Of a stretch of 32,320 nt of DNA, positions 25,754 to 32,320 are shown in pieces (positions within the stretch are counted from its first letter, which is position 1; every line of letters starts with the position of its first letter). The stretch lies in IMG/VR virus record IMGVR_UViG_3300037470_000374, positions 1-32,320 of that record; one strand, 5' to 3'. The translations under genes were made by a program, and so were the position numbers. Source of the DNA: a virus. Lineage: Duplodnaviria; Caudoviricetes. The notes below the pieces were generated by a model, which saw only the letters and a list, made by a program, of their open reading frames with translations, ran no database searches and had not been told where the DNA came from.

Positions 25754-25945
25754 CTAGCCGAGCGTTGACTTGCCGTCCGGCGCGTCGCCGTTGAGGATCG
25801 CGGCCGTCGGGCGGCGCTGGCGCTTCTTCCGCGCCTCCTCCACCACCTCGGGCGAATCCGGGACCGTGCGCCACGTGCCCTTGCCGTCCTCGGCCATGCG
25901 CTTCATCACATGCGCCGTCATGGCGGAGCCTGCCCGCCCGTTCAT
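25754..25945 (-). CDS. Small basic protein (63 aa), related to its upstream neighbour
   Basis: ATGA overlap. C-terminus RKKRQRRPTAAILNGDAPDGKSTLG resembles that of 25942..26160. Confidence 0.6.
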   Translation of the reverse strand: MNGRAGSAMTAHVMKRMAEDGKGTWRTVPDSPEVVEEARKKRQRRPTAAILNGDAPDGKSTLG

Positions 25946-26160
25946 GAGCCGAGCAGCCGCTTCTGATCGAGGCTCGGGTCGGACGTGTCGCCCAGCCCGC
26001 CGGTCAGGATCGTGTCCTTGATGCCGCCGCGCCGCTTGCGCGAGAGCCGCTCCTTGCGCGCCGCCTCGGCGATACTGGGATCGGCCATGGTGGGCGGCGG
26101 GGTCGGAGGCGGCGGGGCCTTCGGGCTGTTGCCGAAGCCGGGCAGGCGCAGATTGATCAT
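25942..26160 (-). CDS. Small pre-portal virion protein (T7 gp7.3-like slot), 72 aa
   Basis: ATG at 26160 (ATGA overlap, RBS AGAGGA). PKAPPPPTPPP...RKRRGGIKDTILTGGLG...KRLLG is typical of the gene preceding podovirus portals. Confidence 0.8.
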   Translation of the reverse strand: MINLRLPGFGNSPKAPPPPTPPPTMADPSIAEAARKERLSRKRRGGIKDTILTGGLGDTSDPSLDQKRLLGS

Positions 26161-26510
26161 GCGGTCCTCTTGGTCAGACGGCGGTAAAGCTGTCTTGGCG
26201 TCAACACCCATGGCGCGCGGATGCACAGCAGGGCCTTGCATAGCCCTGTGCAGTTGGCCACGGCCAGCGGCCCAACCGGCGGCACCGCGCCCTGCTCGGT
26301 CTCGACCACCGTGCAGCCCTCGGCCCGGTAGAACGCCGCGATGTCGCACTCGGCCGGCGCTACGACCCGCACGAACGGCACGCCCTCCTGGCCGTCAACG
26401 ATGATCCAGAAATGCCCGTCGCACAGCACGACGAAGCAATGGCCGAAGCCCCGGCGCAGCAGCCGCGCGCGCCAGCCGATGCCGGCGCAGAACACGACGA
26501 CGGCTTTCAC
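26157..26510 (-). CDS. Putative permuted papain-like (NlpC/P60-type) cysteine hydrolase
   Basis: His (FGHCF) precedes Cys (ANCTGL), and the C-terminal LTPRQLY fits. GTGA overlap. Confidence 0.6.
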   Translation of the reverse strand: MKAVVVFCAGIGWRARLLRRGFGHCFVVLCDGHFWIIVDGQEGVPFVRVVAPAECDIAAFYRAEGCTVVETEQGAVPPVGPLAVANCTGLCKALLCIRAPWVLTPRQLYRRLTKRTA

Positions 26511-26728
26511 GGCTTGTCGGCGTCGCGCCTTCGGACGACAGCGCGGTGGAACGCCATGCCCATGTTGGACCCGAGCAGCGCAGCCTCCTTGCCGTCGAGC
26601 AGGGCTTCGGCCGCTATGTCCTCGCGCACATAGAGCGCACCGTCCAGCATGGGCCCCGCCGAGAATGCGGGAACTTGGTCGCGCCGGATCAGCACGCCGA
26701 TCAGCGTGTATTCGTCGTTCGGGTTCAT
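26507..26728 (-). CDS. Hypothetical protein (73 aa)
   Basis: In-operon, RBS GAGG, stop overlaps the next start. Confidence 0.6.
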   Translation of the reverse strand: MNPNDEYTLIGVLIRRDQVPAFSAGPMLDGALYVREDIAAEALLDGKEAALLGSNMGMAFHRAVVRRRDADKP

Positions 26729-26735
26729 CTCGGCC

Positions 26736-27182
26736 TCACTGTACCTGTCGCGTATCCACAGCCGCGCGGACGAGCTTGGCGGCCGTCTGGGGCGCGAGGG
26801 CGTCGATCAGGGCGTCGGCCTGCGCGTCGGTCAGCGGCGTATCATTCGGCCGCGCCCGGCGGTGCGCGCGCCGCGTGACCTCGCGCAACCGCATGAGGTC
26901 GCGGTGATCCAGATCGGCCAGGATGCTCCGCGGCGACACGACCATCGGATAGACCTCGACGATATCTGCCTCGCCCATGAGCGCCATGTAGCCCGAGCCC
27001 GGCGGGTCGGACAGCCGCGGGTCGATCGGCAGGACGTCCGACCACCGGATCGGCCCGAACTGCACGCGCTGCGCCTCGGCCTGCTCGCGGAATGCCTGGG
27101 CGACCACCAGCCGCGCCCGCACCTTCTCATCCTCGCCGCGGAACCAAGCCGCCGCGTGCATGGTCTCGCCGATCTCGCGCAT
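26736..27182 (-). CDS. Hypothetical protein (148 aa)
   Basis: ATG at 27182, 2 nt after the terminase stop. MREIGETMHAAAWF... Confidence 0.7.
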   Translation of the reverse strand: MREIGETMHAAAWFRGEDEKVRARLVVAQAFREQAEAQRVQFGPIRWSDVLPIDPRLSDPPGSGYMALMGEADIVEVYPMVVSPRSILADLDHRDLMRLREVTRRAHRRARPNDTPLTDAQADALIDALAPQTAAKLVRAAVDTRQVQ

Positions 27183-27184
27183 GG

Positions 27185-28759
27185 TCACCAGCTGTGAGGA
27201 TGGTAGTCGTCGTCCTGCCCGCCCTGTCGGCGCCGGTCGATCCAGTCCCGATCCGCCTTGGTCTTGACCGGGCCGCCGAAGGTCAGGGCCGCGGCGTCGC
27301 CGCCGTCGGTCGAGAAGCCCAGGCGCTGCCTGATCTTGTCCTTGTCCTCGAGCAGCGTCTGATTGTTCGAGTTGGTCTTGAAGCCCGGCGCCGTAAGCTC
27401 GGCGTGCAGCACGTCGTCGTCCGGGATCTGCGCCCCGCCGGCATCGCCGAGCCAGGCGCGGAGCTCGCCCCACATCTCGGCCCGCTTGTTCGCATAGGCG
27501 CGCTCGTCCGAGGCGCGGGCGCCGAAGTTGACCAGCGTCATCTTCTTGCCGTAGTTGCGCGCCTTCAGGATGTCATAGATTTGAGCGCCGCCGCCGCCCG
27601 TGTCGAGGAAGCACATCTCGGGGTTCAGCCGGTCGATGTGGCGCGCCAGGCGGTTCGCGATGTCCACCGTGTCGTCGCTGTGGAACGCATCGTTGAGCGC
27701 CTCACCCATGATGCGGCCCTGGCGCGACATGAACCAGTTGCGGTCCCGCTGCCCGCGCGCGAAGTCACAGCCGAATATGAGCGGCGCGTGGCTCTGATCG
27801 GGCATCTGCGCCTTGCGGGCCCTCAGCACGATCTCGGACGGAATGAAGCTGTTGGCGCCGCTCGCCTGGAACGCCTCCTCGGCCGTCGCCGGGTATTCCT
27901 GCCGGAAGCGCCAGCACAGCCGATCCGTCGGCAGCTGGTCCGGGATGGCGAGCTCGCCGTTCTTCGACCACGCCCAATAGAGCTGATCGCGCGTCAGCCC
28001 GTGCGACTCGCCGTACTCGGTGAACGCGGCCGGCGCCTGCCAGTCCTTGGGGCACGGCGTCTCGTATTCCTCGTGCAGGAACCAGGGCAGGAACAGTGCC
28101 TCGTAGCGCCCCTCGCCCCGCTCCGCCGCCTTCCACATCGAGTAGAAGACGCCGCCGATGCCGTTGGCCGTGGTCTCGAGCCAGACTTCCGTCCCCGGCT
28201 GGTCCGGTACGGCCTGCAGGGCGCCCGAGGTGTGTTCCTCGGCCCGCGCCCAGAACGCCACCTCCGAGCCATGGAAGAATTGGATGGTATCGCTGCGCCC
28301 GACACCCTCGGCCTTGGCGGTCGCCACGCGATAGCCGCTGTCCAGCCGGCCGAAGTCGAGCTCGGCCGAGTTCGATGCCTTGGTCTGCGGCTTGACCAGC
28401 GCCGGGCAGTTGTCGTGGTAGCGCTTCGAGATGGCGAAGAGGTTGTCCGTCGCCTGGTCCCGGTGCGTCAGGATGAACGCACGCACGCCGCGCCGGTGCG
28501 TCACCTTCCAGTAGAACCGCCCCTCGATATAGGTCGAGATGCCCGGCTGGCGCGGCTTCAGCACCAGCAGGCGAACCATGCCGGTCTTGGCTATCTGCCG
28601 CTCGGCCGCCTCATGAACCCGGCGCTGAATCGCGTTGAGCGCCAGCGGGATGATCTCGCCGGCCTTGGTCCTGATCTTGAGGCATTTGAGCGCGTAGTGG
28701 GCGAAATCGTCCTTGAGCCGCTGGCGTACCGAGCGCTCCCGCGCCGTGATGCGCGTCAC
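27185..28759 (-). CDS. terL: Terminase large subunit
   Basis: LNAIQ adenine motif, Walker A LVLKPRQPGIST, Walker B FFHGSEVAFW, motif III ETTANG, FRQEYP, nuclease IFGCDFARG and DGGDAAALTF. Confidence 0.96.
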   Translation of the reverse strand: MTRITARERSVRQRLKDDFAHYALKCLKIRTKAGEIIPLALNAIQRRVHEAAERQIAKTGMVRLLVLKPRQPGISTYIEGRFYWKVTHRRGVRAFILTHRDQATDNLFAISKRYHDNCPALVKPQTKASNSAELDFGRLDSGYRVATAKAEGVGRSDTIQFFHGSEVAFWARAEEHTSGALQAVPDQPGTEVWLETTANGIGGVFYSMWKAAERGEGRYEALFLPWFLHEEYETPCPKDWQAPAAFTEYGESHGLTRDQLYWAWSKNGELAIPDQLPTDRLCWRFRQEYPATAEEAFQASGANSFIPSEIVLRARKAQMPDQSHAPLIFGCDFARGQRDRNWFMSRQGRIMGEALNDAFHSDDTVDIANRLARHIDRLNPEMCFLDTGGGGAQIYDILKARNYGKKMTLVNFGARASDERAYANKRAEMWGELRAWLGDAGGAQIPDDDVLHAELTAPGFKTNSNNQTLLEDKDKIRQRLGFSTDGGDAAALTFGGPVKTKADRDWIDRRRQGGQDDDYHPHSW

Positions 28760-29025
28760 TCAAGCTCCTTCAGCGCGTCCTCGTGCCGGATCGTCATGTC
28801 GCCCGAATGCTCGACCGCGGCAAGGCGCGGGTGGACATAGGGCGCGGACGCCGCCGCCATATGATCCCGGCGCGCCTTCTCCGTCTCGTCGTCGCGCATG
28901 ATGCGCAGCATGTAGTCGAGCGGCAATTCGCCCGTCGCCGCTGCCTTTTCCCGGGCTTCCTTCGCCGCCTTGTTGATGGAGCCGGGCTTGCGGCCGGCGC
29001 CGTTGCGCTTGCCACCTCGGGCCAC
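28756..29025 (-). CDS. terS: Terminase small subunit (putative)
   Basis: RGGKRNGAGRKPGSINK...PLDYMLRIMRD...AAASAPYVHPRL. Directly coupled to terL. Confidence 0.8.
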   Translation of the reverse strand: MARGGKRNGAGRKPGSINKAAKEAREKAAATGELPLDYMLRIMRDDETEKARRDHMAAASAPYVHPRLAAVEHSGDMTIRHEDALKELE

Positions 29026-29053
29026 GATTGAATTCCTCTGATTGGGGACCAGG

Positions 29054-29090
29054 AAATCAAAACGCCCGCCGCGGTGTGTCCGGGCGGGCG
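29054..29090 (-). terminator. Intrinsic terminator in the late-operon leader
   Basis: CGCCCGCC-12 nt loop-GGCGGGCG followed by TTTTGATTT on the minus strand, between the predicted promoter and terS. Confidence 0.7.
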
Positions 29091-29113
29091 CTATTCTTCA
29101 CTCTCAGGGAGAT

Positions 29114-29142
29114 CACATAGCAAATTCGCCGGTTCCTGGCAA
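29114..29142 (-). promoter_or_regulatory. Putative late sigma70 promoter
   Basis: TTGCCA (29142-29137), 17-nt spacer ending TGC, TATGTG (29119-29114). Lack of the -7 T is common in alphaproteobacterial promoters. Confidence 0.55.
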
Positions 29143-29150
29143 ATCTGTTT

Positions 29151-29780
29151 TCAGAGCCGCGCGAGGATGCGGCTCAACCCCTCGTCGTGCATGGTGCGCA
29201 CGTGGCGCTCGCTGCACCGTGGGGAGAAGCTGGCCTCGACGCGCCCGACAGCACGCCAGGAACAGCCGGCCGCCCGCCACCAGAGCACGCGACGCCGCTG
29301 GTAGCAGCGTTCCTCGGCCCAATTCAGCGTGTGGCCAGATGCGACGAGCCGCCCGACTTCCGCGCTGTCGCCCGCCAGCTCAACCCAGCCGAAGCATTCG
29401 TCCATGCGGTCGATCGCCAAGGAACTGACCTGCGGGCGAACGTACGGCGCGGACTTGTACCGCCCGGCCGAGGCGGCAATGCCGTCCGGCACGCCAAGGC
29501 TCCGCAGGCGCTTAACCAGATCGGTGCCCGAAAGCTCACGGTCGACGCCGGCCTGATCCATGATGCGCAGGATATGGGGCGGCAGCGGCTCCATGCTGGC
29601 TTCCCAAGGGTCACGAATCGGGTCGGGCATAGCCGAGCCATAACCGGCCGGCCGGAGCCTCGCCACCAACAGATGCTTGCAGGTCCGCCACGCCTCTTCC
29701 AGGCGATCCTCGACGATCTCGGGCGTCATCGGTTGCGCCGGCCTACCCGCCATGCTGGTCTCCGCTATTGCGATGTTCAT
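29151..29780 (-). CDS. DUF6362-like protein, putative late-gene regulator/antiterminator
   Basis: TPEIVEDRLEEAWRT...RPAGYGSAMP...AIDRMDECFGW...RRVLWWRAAGCSWRAVGR (HTH-like C-terminus). Lambda-Q-like position. RBS AAAGGA. Confidence 0.7.
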   Translation of the reverse strand: MNIAIAETSMAGRPAQPMTPEIVEDRLEEAWRTCKHLLVARLRPAGYGSAMPDPIRDPWEASMEPLPPHILRIMDQAGVDRELSGTDLVKRLRSLGVPDGIAASAGRYKSAPYVRPQVSSLAIDRMDECFGWVELAGDSAEVGRLVASGHTLNWAEERCYQRRRVLWWRAAGCSWRAVGRVEASFSPRCSERHVRTMHDEGLSRILARL

Positions 29781-29792
29781 GCTCGTCCTTTC

Positions 29793-29806
29793 GTTTCACG
29801 TGAAAC
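29793..29806. promoter_or_regulatory. Perfect palindrome GTTTCACGTGAAAC equal to the parS core
   Basis: 14-bp core identical to the bacterial parS consensus tGTTTCACGTGAAACa. Both outer bases differ (C and C). Intergenic. Confidence 0.6.
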
Positions 29807-29807
29807 C

Positions 29808-29846
29808 TCAACGCCGTCCCTCTGGCCGCCGGCCCTTGCCCCGCGC
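29808..29846 (-). pseudogene. Orphaned 3' end of the phage gene interrupted by the IS
   Basis: Removing the IS and one TSD restores the frame ...RKARARGKGRRPEGRR* with TGA at 29810-29808. Confidence 0.7.
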
Positions 29847-29859
29847 GGCGATGTTTCAC

Positions 29860-29888
29860 TTGACATACCCAGGCCCAATAGCTAGGTT
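29860..29888 (+). promoter_or_regulatory. Transposase promoter, with the -35 inside IRL
   Basis: TTGACA (29860-29865), 17 nt, TAGGTT (29883-29888), then RBS AAGGAG and ATG at 29911. Confidence 0.75.
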
Positions 29889-29910
29889 TGGGTTATCAAG
29901 GAGATACGTC

Positions 29911-30834
29911 ATGTCCAAGTCCATTTTGTCCGCTCCGCACTTTCATAACGAAGCCGCCGCCTTCGAGTACGTCGAGGCGCGGCTTTGGCCCAATGGCCCG
30001 GTCTGCCCGTTCTGTGGCGCCACTTCCGAGAAGATCGGCCGGCTCCAGGGCAAGACCACTCGCCCCGGCCTGTGCAAGTGCTACGCCTGTAGGAAGCCCT
30101 TTACCGTGCGGATCGGCACCGTGTTCGAGTCCAGCCATTGCCCGCTGCGCCTGTGGCTCCAGGCCATCCATCTGCTGTGCTCCAGCAAGAAAGGCATCTC
30201 GACCCGCCAGCTTCAGCGGACCCTGGGCGTCGGCATGAAGACCGCTTGGTTCCTGGGCCATCGTATCCGGCTGGCCATGGCGCCCGGCTCCAGCGAGCCC
30301 ATGGGTGGCGCCGGCAAGACCGTGGAAGCGGATGAGACTTTCCTGACCCGCTCGCCCAAGACCCGCCGCAAGCCCGATGCGCCGGCCCGGTGCAACATTC
30401 AGGTGTTGAGCCTTGTCGAGCGCGACGGTGCGATCCGGTCCATGTTCCTCGACCATCGCAACGTCCGTAGCATGATCTGGCAGCACGTCCACCAGGACAG
30501 CCGCCTCGTGACCGATGGCGCCCAGCACTACAAGTTTGCGCCCGTCGCCAGCCATGAAAGCGTCGACCATTCCAAGGGCGAGTACGTCCGGGGCGACGTG
30601 CACACCAACACTCTTGAAGGCTTCTTCTCGATCTTCAAGCGCGGCCTGATCGGCGTCTATCAACACATTGATAACAAGCACCTTGATCGGTACTTGGCCG
30701 AATTCGACTTCCGCCAGAACAACCGCGCCAAGCTCGGTATTGACGACGTGGCACGGGCCGACCGCGCGCTGATCGGCGTCAAGGGCAAGCGGCTCACCTA
30801 TCGCACGCCTGATAGCCTCCCGGCCCAAGCCTGA
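29911..30834 (+). CDS. IS1595-family DDE transposase, 307 aa
   Basis: Zn ribbon (LWPNGPVCPFCG...CYACRKPFTV), HTH (KKGISTRQLQRTLGVGMKTAWFLGHRIR), catalytic VEADET, LVTDG, HTNTLEGFFS, YLAEFDFR. Confidence 0.97.
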   Translation: MSKSILSAPHFHNEAAAFEYVEARLWPNGPVCPFCGATSEKIGRLQGKTTRPGLCKCYACRKPFTVRIGTVFESSHCPLRLWLQAIHLLCSSKKGISTRQLQRTLGVGMKTAWFLGHRIRLAMAPGSSEPMGGAGKTVEADETFLTRSPKTRRKPDAPARCNIQVLSLVERDGAIRSMFLDHRNVRSMIWQHVHQDSRLVTDGAQHYKFAPVASHESVDHSKGEYVRGDVHTNTLEGFFSIFKRGLIGVYQHIDNKHLDRYLAEFDFRQNNRAKLGIDDVARADRALIGVKGKRLTYRTPDSLPAQA

Positions 30835-30888
30835 GACTTGGGAGGAATTCGTCGCGCGCTGGCTAGCCATTTTAAGAGGGGGTTCCAA

Positions 30889-31143
30889 ATGAGCGCCGAT
30901 AGTGTCCTCAAAGGCTGGTCGGTTCATATCGAGGGCGAAGCGGGCAACCCGCAGGGCGACAAGATCACCGTGTTTCGCCACGACGCGCCACGAATCCGCT
31001 TAGAAATTGACGCACCAGGGATTCGATCTGCGGGAGCAGACCAAATGCAGCCTGGGCGTCAGGCGATTCAAGAAGCGGTGAATGCCCTTCAGGCAGCTTT
31101 AGACTCTCCGTCAGCGTTACCTGGATTTCGTCGGACGACATAG
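30889..31143 (+). CDS. IS passenger hypothetical protein (84 aa)
   Basis: ATG at 30889 preceded by AAGAGGGG. Confidence 0.55.
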   Translation: MSADSVLKGWSVHIEGEAGNPQGDKITVFRHDAPRIRLEIDAPGIRSAGADQMQPGRQAIQEAVNALQAALDSPSALPGFRRTT

Positions 31144-31165
31144 CGATGTTGAATTTCATGGGTTT

Positions 31166-31194
31166 TTGTCGGCTCCAAACCGATGTGCTAGATT
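31166..31194 (+). promoter_or_regulatory. Putative promoter for the leaderless 51-aa gene
   Basis: TTGTCG, 17 nt ending TGC, TAGATT. ATG at 31202 with no SD. Confidence 0.55.
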
Positions 31195-31201
31195 ATCTCT
31201 G

Positions 31202-31357
31202 ATGCCACGCAAACCAGCACCAAAGCCGGACGATCCCGAGCAGTCAAAGCGGTTCATCGAGAAGGCCCGCGAGATTGAGACGGACGAAACCAAAGAGGCA
31301 TTTGAGCGCGCATTCAAAAAGCTCGTGCCATCTAAGCCTTCCCAGCGTCGGGATTAG
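31202..31357 (+). CDS. Small charged helical IS passenger protein (51 aa)
   Basis: MPRKPAPKPDDPEQSKRFIEKAREIETDETKEAFERAFKKLV, a Q-x-x-RF-x-x-x-ARE...F peptide I recall downstream of IS1595 transposases. Confidence 0.75.
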   Translation: MPRKPAPKPDDPEQSKRFIEKAREIETDETKEAFERAFKKLVPSKPSQRRD

Positions 31358-32156
31358 CTGCCGCGACTCTCTTGATGATGTCCGCTTGTTCCTCTAGGGC
31401 GGCCTCGTTGAAGTGCCAGTTGTAGATCCGGTCGTCTTTCGCGAGATTGACAAAATCATCCCTTGAATAGCCGCCTCGGCAGACCCGCTGGTAGTTATTG
31501 GCGCAGTGCCATGCCAGCAGGTCGGCCGCCTGCAACAACGTCGAATCCTTTTTTCGAATGAACGTGTGAGACTGATAACGGAATATTTCCATGCTGTCTG
31601 GGACGTCCATGTATTGGCGCATTAGGCGATCTGTTTCTTCTTGATGTTCTTGGCCGGCTTCAAAAAAGTAAGCGATCTTGCCGTGGTAGTTTTCGGCGTC
31701 CGCTCTTTGTTTGATGGCAACAAAAGAACCGTGGACGCAAAATGAATAGGGAGTGCGGGGAGTCAGCGGGTGCGGCGGCATGATTTTATGCCACGCTTCC
31801 GGATCGACGCTTACGACCACCCCATAACAAATCGATTCTTTGATTATCCTGACCGCCCTGGTCTGAATCGCTGTCCGGACTTCGAATTCGAGATGCGTGA
31901 ACGGCTCGGCGCGGGCTTCGCACGCGGTCATGTGAAAATAGGGCAGATCGAAATCGTCAAGCATCCGGCGCCATTCGCCGTCAAACTTCACGGCCTGCGC
32001 CTGCTCAAATGTGTAACCGGCAACACAGAAGAACGGCTTGCCGGTGTGTGATTCGCTCTCGTCGAAATACGCTTCGATCATCGCCAGCGCATGGCCGCCA
32101 TTTGGCAGTGTAATGTCTAGAAGCCGGACGAAATCCGCGTGCCCGTTAGGCATCAT
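31332..32156 (-). CDS. DUF3800-like RNase H-fold protein (IS passenger)
   Basis: AYFDESESH...FFCVAGY, FHMT, YFFEAG, LLQAADLLAW. An alternative start at MIEAY (32081) is possible. Confidence 0.8.
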   Translation of the reverse strand: MMPNGHADFVRLLDITLPNGGHALAMIEAYFDESESHTGKPFFCVAGYTFEQAQAVKFDGEWRRMLDDFDLPYFHMTACEARAEPFTHLEFEVRTAIQTRAVRIIKESICYGVVVSVDPEAWHKIMPPHPLTPRTPYSFCVHGSFVAIKQRADAENYHGKIAYFFEAGQEHQEETDRLMRQYMDVPDSMEIFRYQSHTFIRKKDSTLLQAADLLAWHCANNYQRVCRGGYSRDDFVNLAKDDRIYNWHFNEAALEEQADIIKRVAAANPDAGKA

Positions 32157-32159
32157 AGA

Positions 32160-32320
32160 TTATGCCCCTGGGTACGGGAAGTGAAACATCGCCCCCCGCG
32201 CCCGCGCCTTCCTGAAGGCGTTCATGCCCCGGCTGGTCGCGGCCTCGCGCGGCAGGATCGTGATGATGAAATGTTCGACCGGCTCCCACAGGACGATCAA
32301 CTCCATGCCGGGCCGGAGCT
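32160..32320 (-). CDS. 3' part of a phage gene (5' end outside the window) whose C-terminus is now supplied by the IS end
   Basis: ...LRPGMELIVLWEPVEHFIITILPREAATSRGMNAFRKARARG, then reads through IRR as AMFHFPYPGA* (TAA at 32162-32160). Confidence 0.65.
   Translation of the reverse strand, partial: LRPGMELIVLWEPVEHFIITILPREAATSRGMNAFRKARARGAMFHFPYPGA

Larger units (their letters stand above)
29847..32193 (+). mobile_element. Complete IS1595-family transporter IS (2347 bp) with passenger genes
   Basis: IRL GGCGATGTTTCACTTGACATACCCAGG (29847-29873) and IRR CCTGGGTACGGGAAGTGAAACATCGCC (32167-32193) match at 24/27. Exact 8-bp direct repeat CCCCGCGC at 29839-29846 and 32194-32201. Confidence 0.96.
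1..32320 (-). mobile_element. Podovirus-type (pro)phage late gene region (T7/BPP-1-like head-tail architecture), extending beyond both window ends
   Basis: Co-oriented minus-strand genes, many with overlapping stop/start codons, in the order terminase, portal, scaffold, capsid, tail tubular A/B, internal proteins, tail fibre. No tape measure or sheath gene. The IS insertion suggests a prophage or lysogenic state. Confidence 0.95.

Noticed and set aside
29896-31159. Minus-strand ORFs 29896..30981 and 30965..31159 inside the IS
   Set aside because: The first is the transposase antisense shadow. The second overlaps the + strand 84-aa ORF, which has the better RBS, though it cannot be fully excluded.
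1-32320. CRISPR array, tRNA, rRNA, integrase/att site, endolysin
   Set aside because: None recognised by eye. Integration and lysis genes probably lie outside the window.

Overview
The window is almost entirely the late (packaging and morphogenesis) region of a high-GC podovirus-type (pro)phage, probably of an Alphaproteobacterium, and reads on the minus strand. The gene order is: DUF6362-type putative late regulator, promoter and terminator, small and large terminase, small accessory genes, portal, Bbp19-like protein, scaffold, major capsid, decoration protein, T7 gp11/gp12-like tail tubular proteins, GNAT, three internal (ejection) proteins, T7 gp17-like tail fibre, then small genes. Five things stand out. 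(1) A tightly coupled cassette of one radical SAM enzyme and three glycosyltransferases sits between the head and tail genes, a candidate virion glycan synthesis and tailoring system. (2) A type I phosphoribosyltransferase domain is embedded in the 1639-aa ejection protein. (3) The capsid 5' leader is structured and contains three copies of the same asymmetric internal loop. (4) A complete 2347-bp IS1595-family transporter IS (27-bp imperfect IRs, exact 8-bp target duplication) carries a DUF3800 RNase H-like gene and is inserted into the 3' end of a phage gene. (5) A perfect parS-core palindrome lies next to that IS. All family assignments come from motif recognition by eye, not from database searches.
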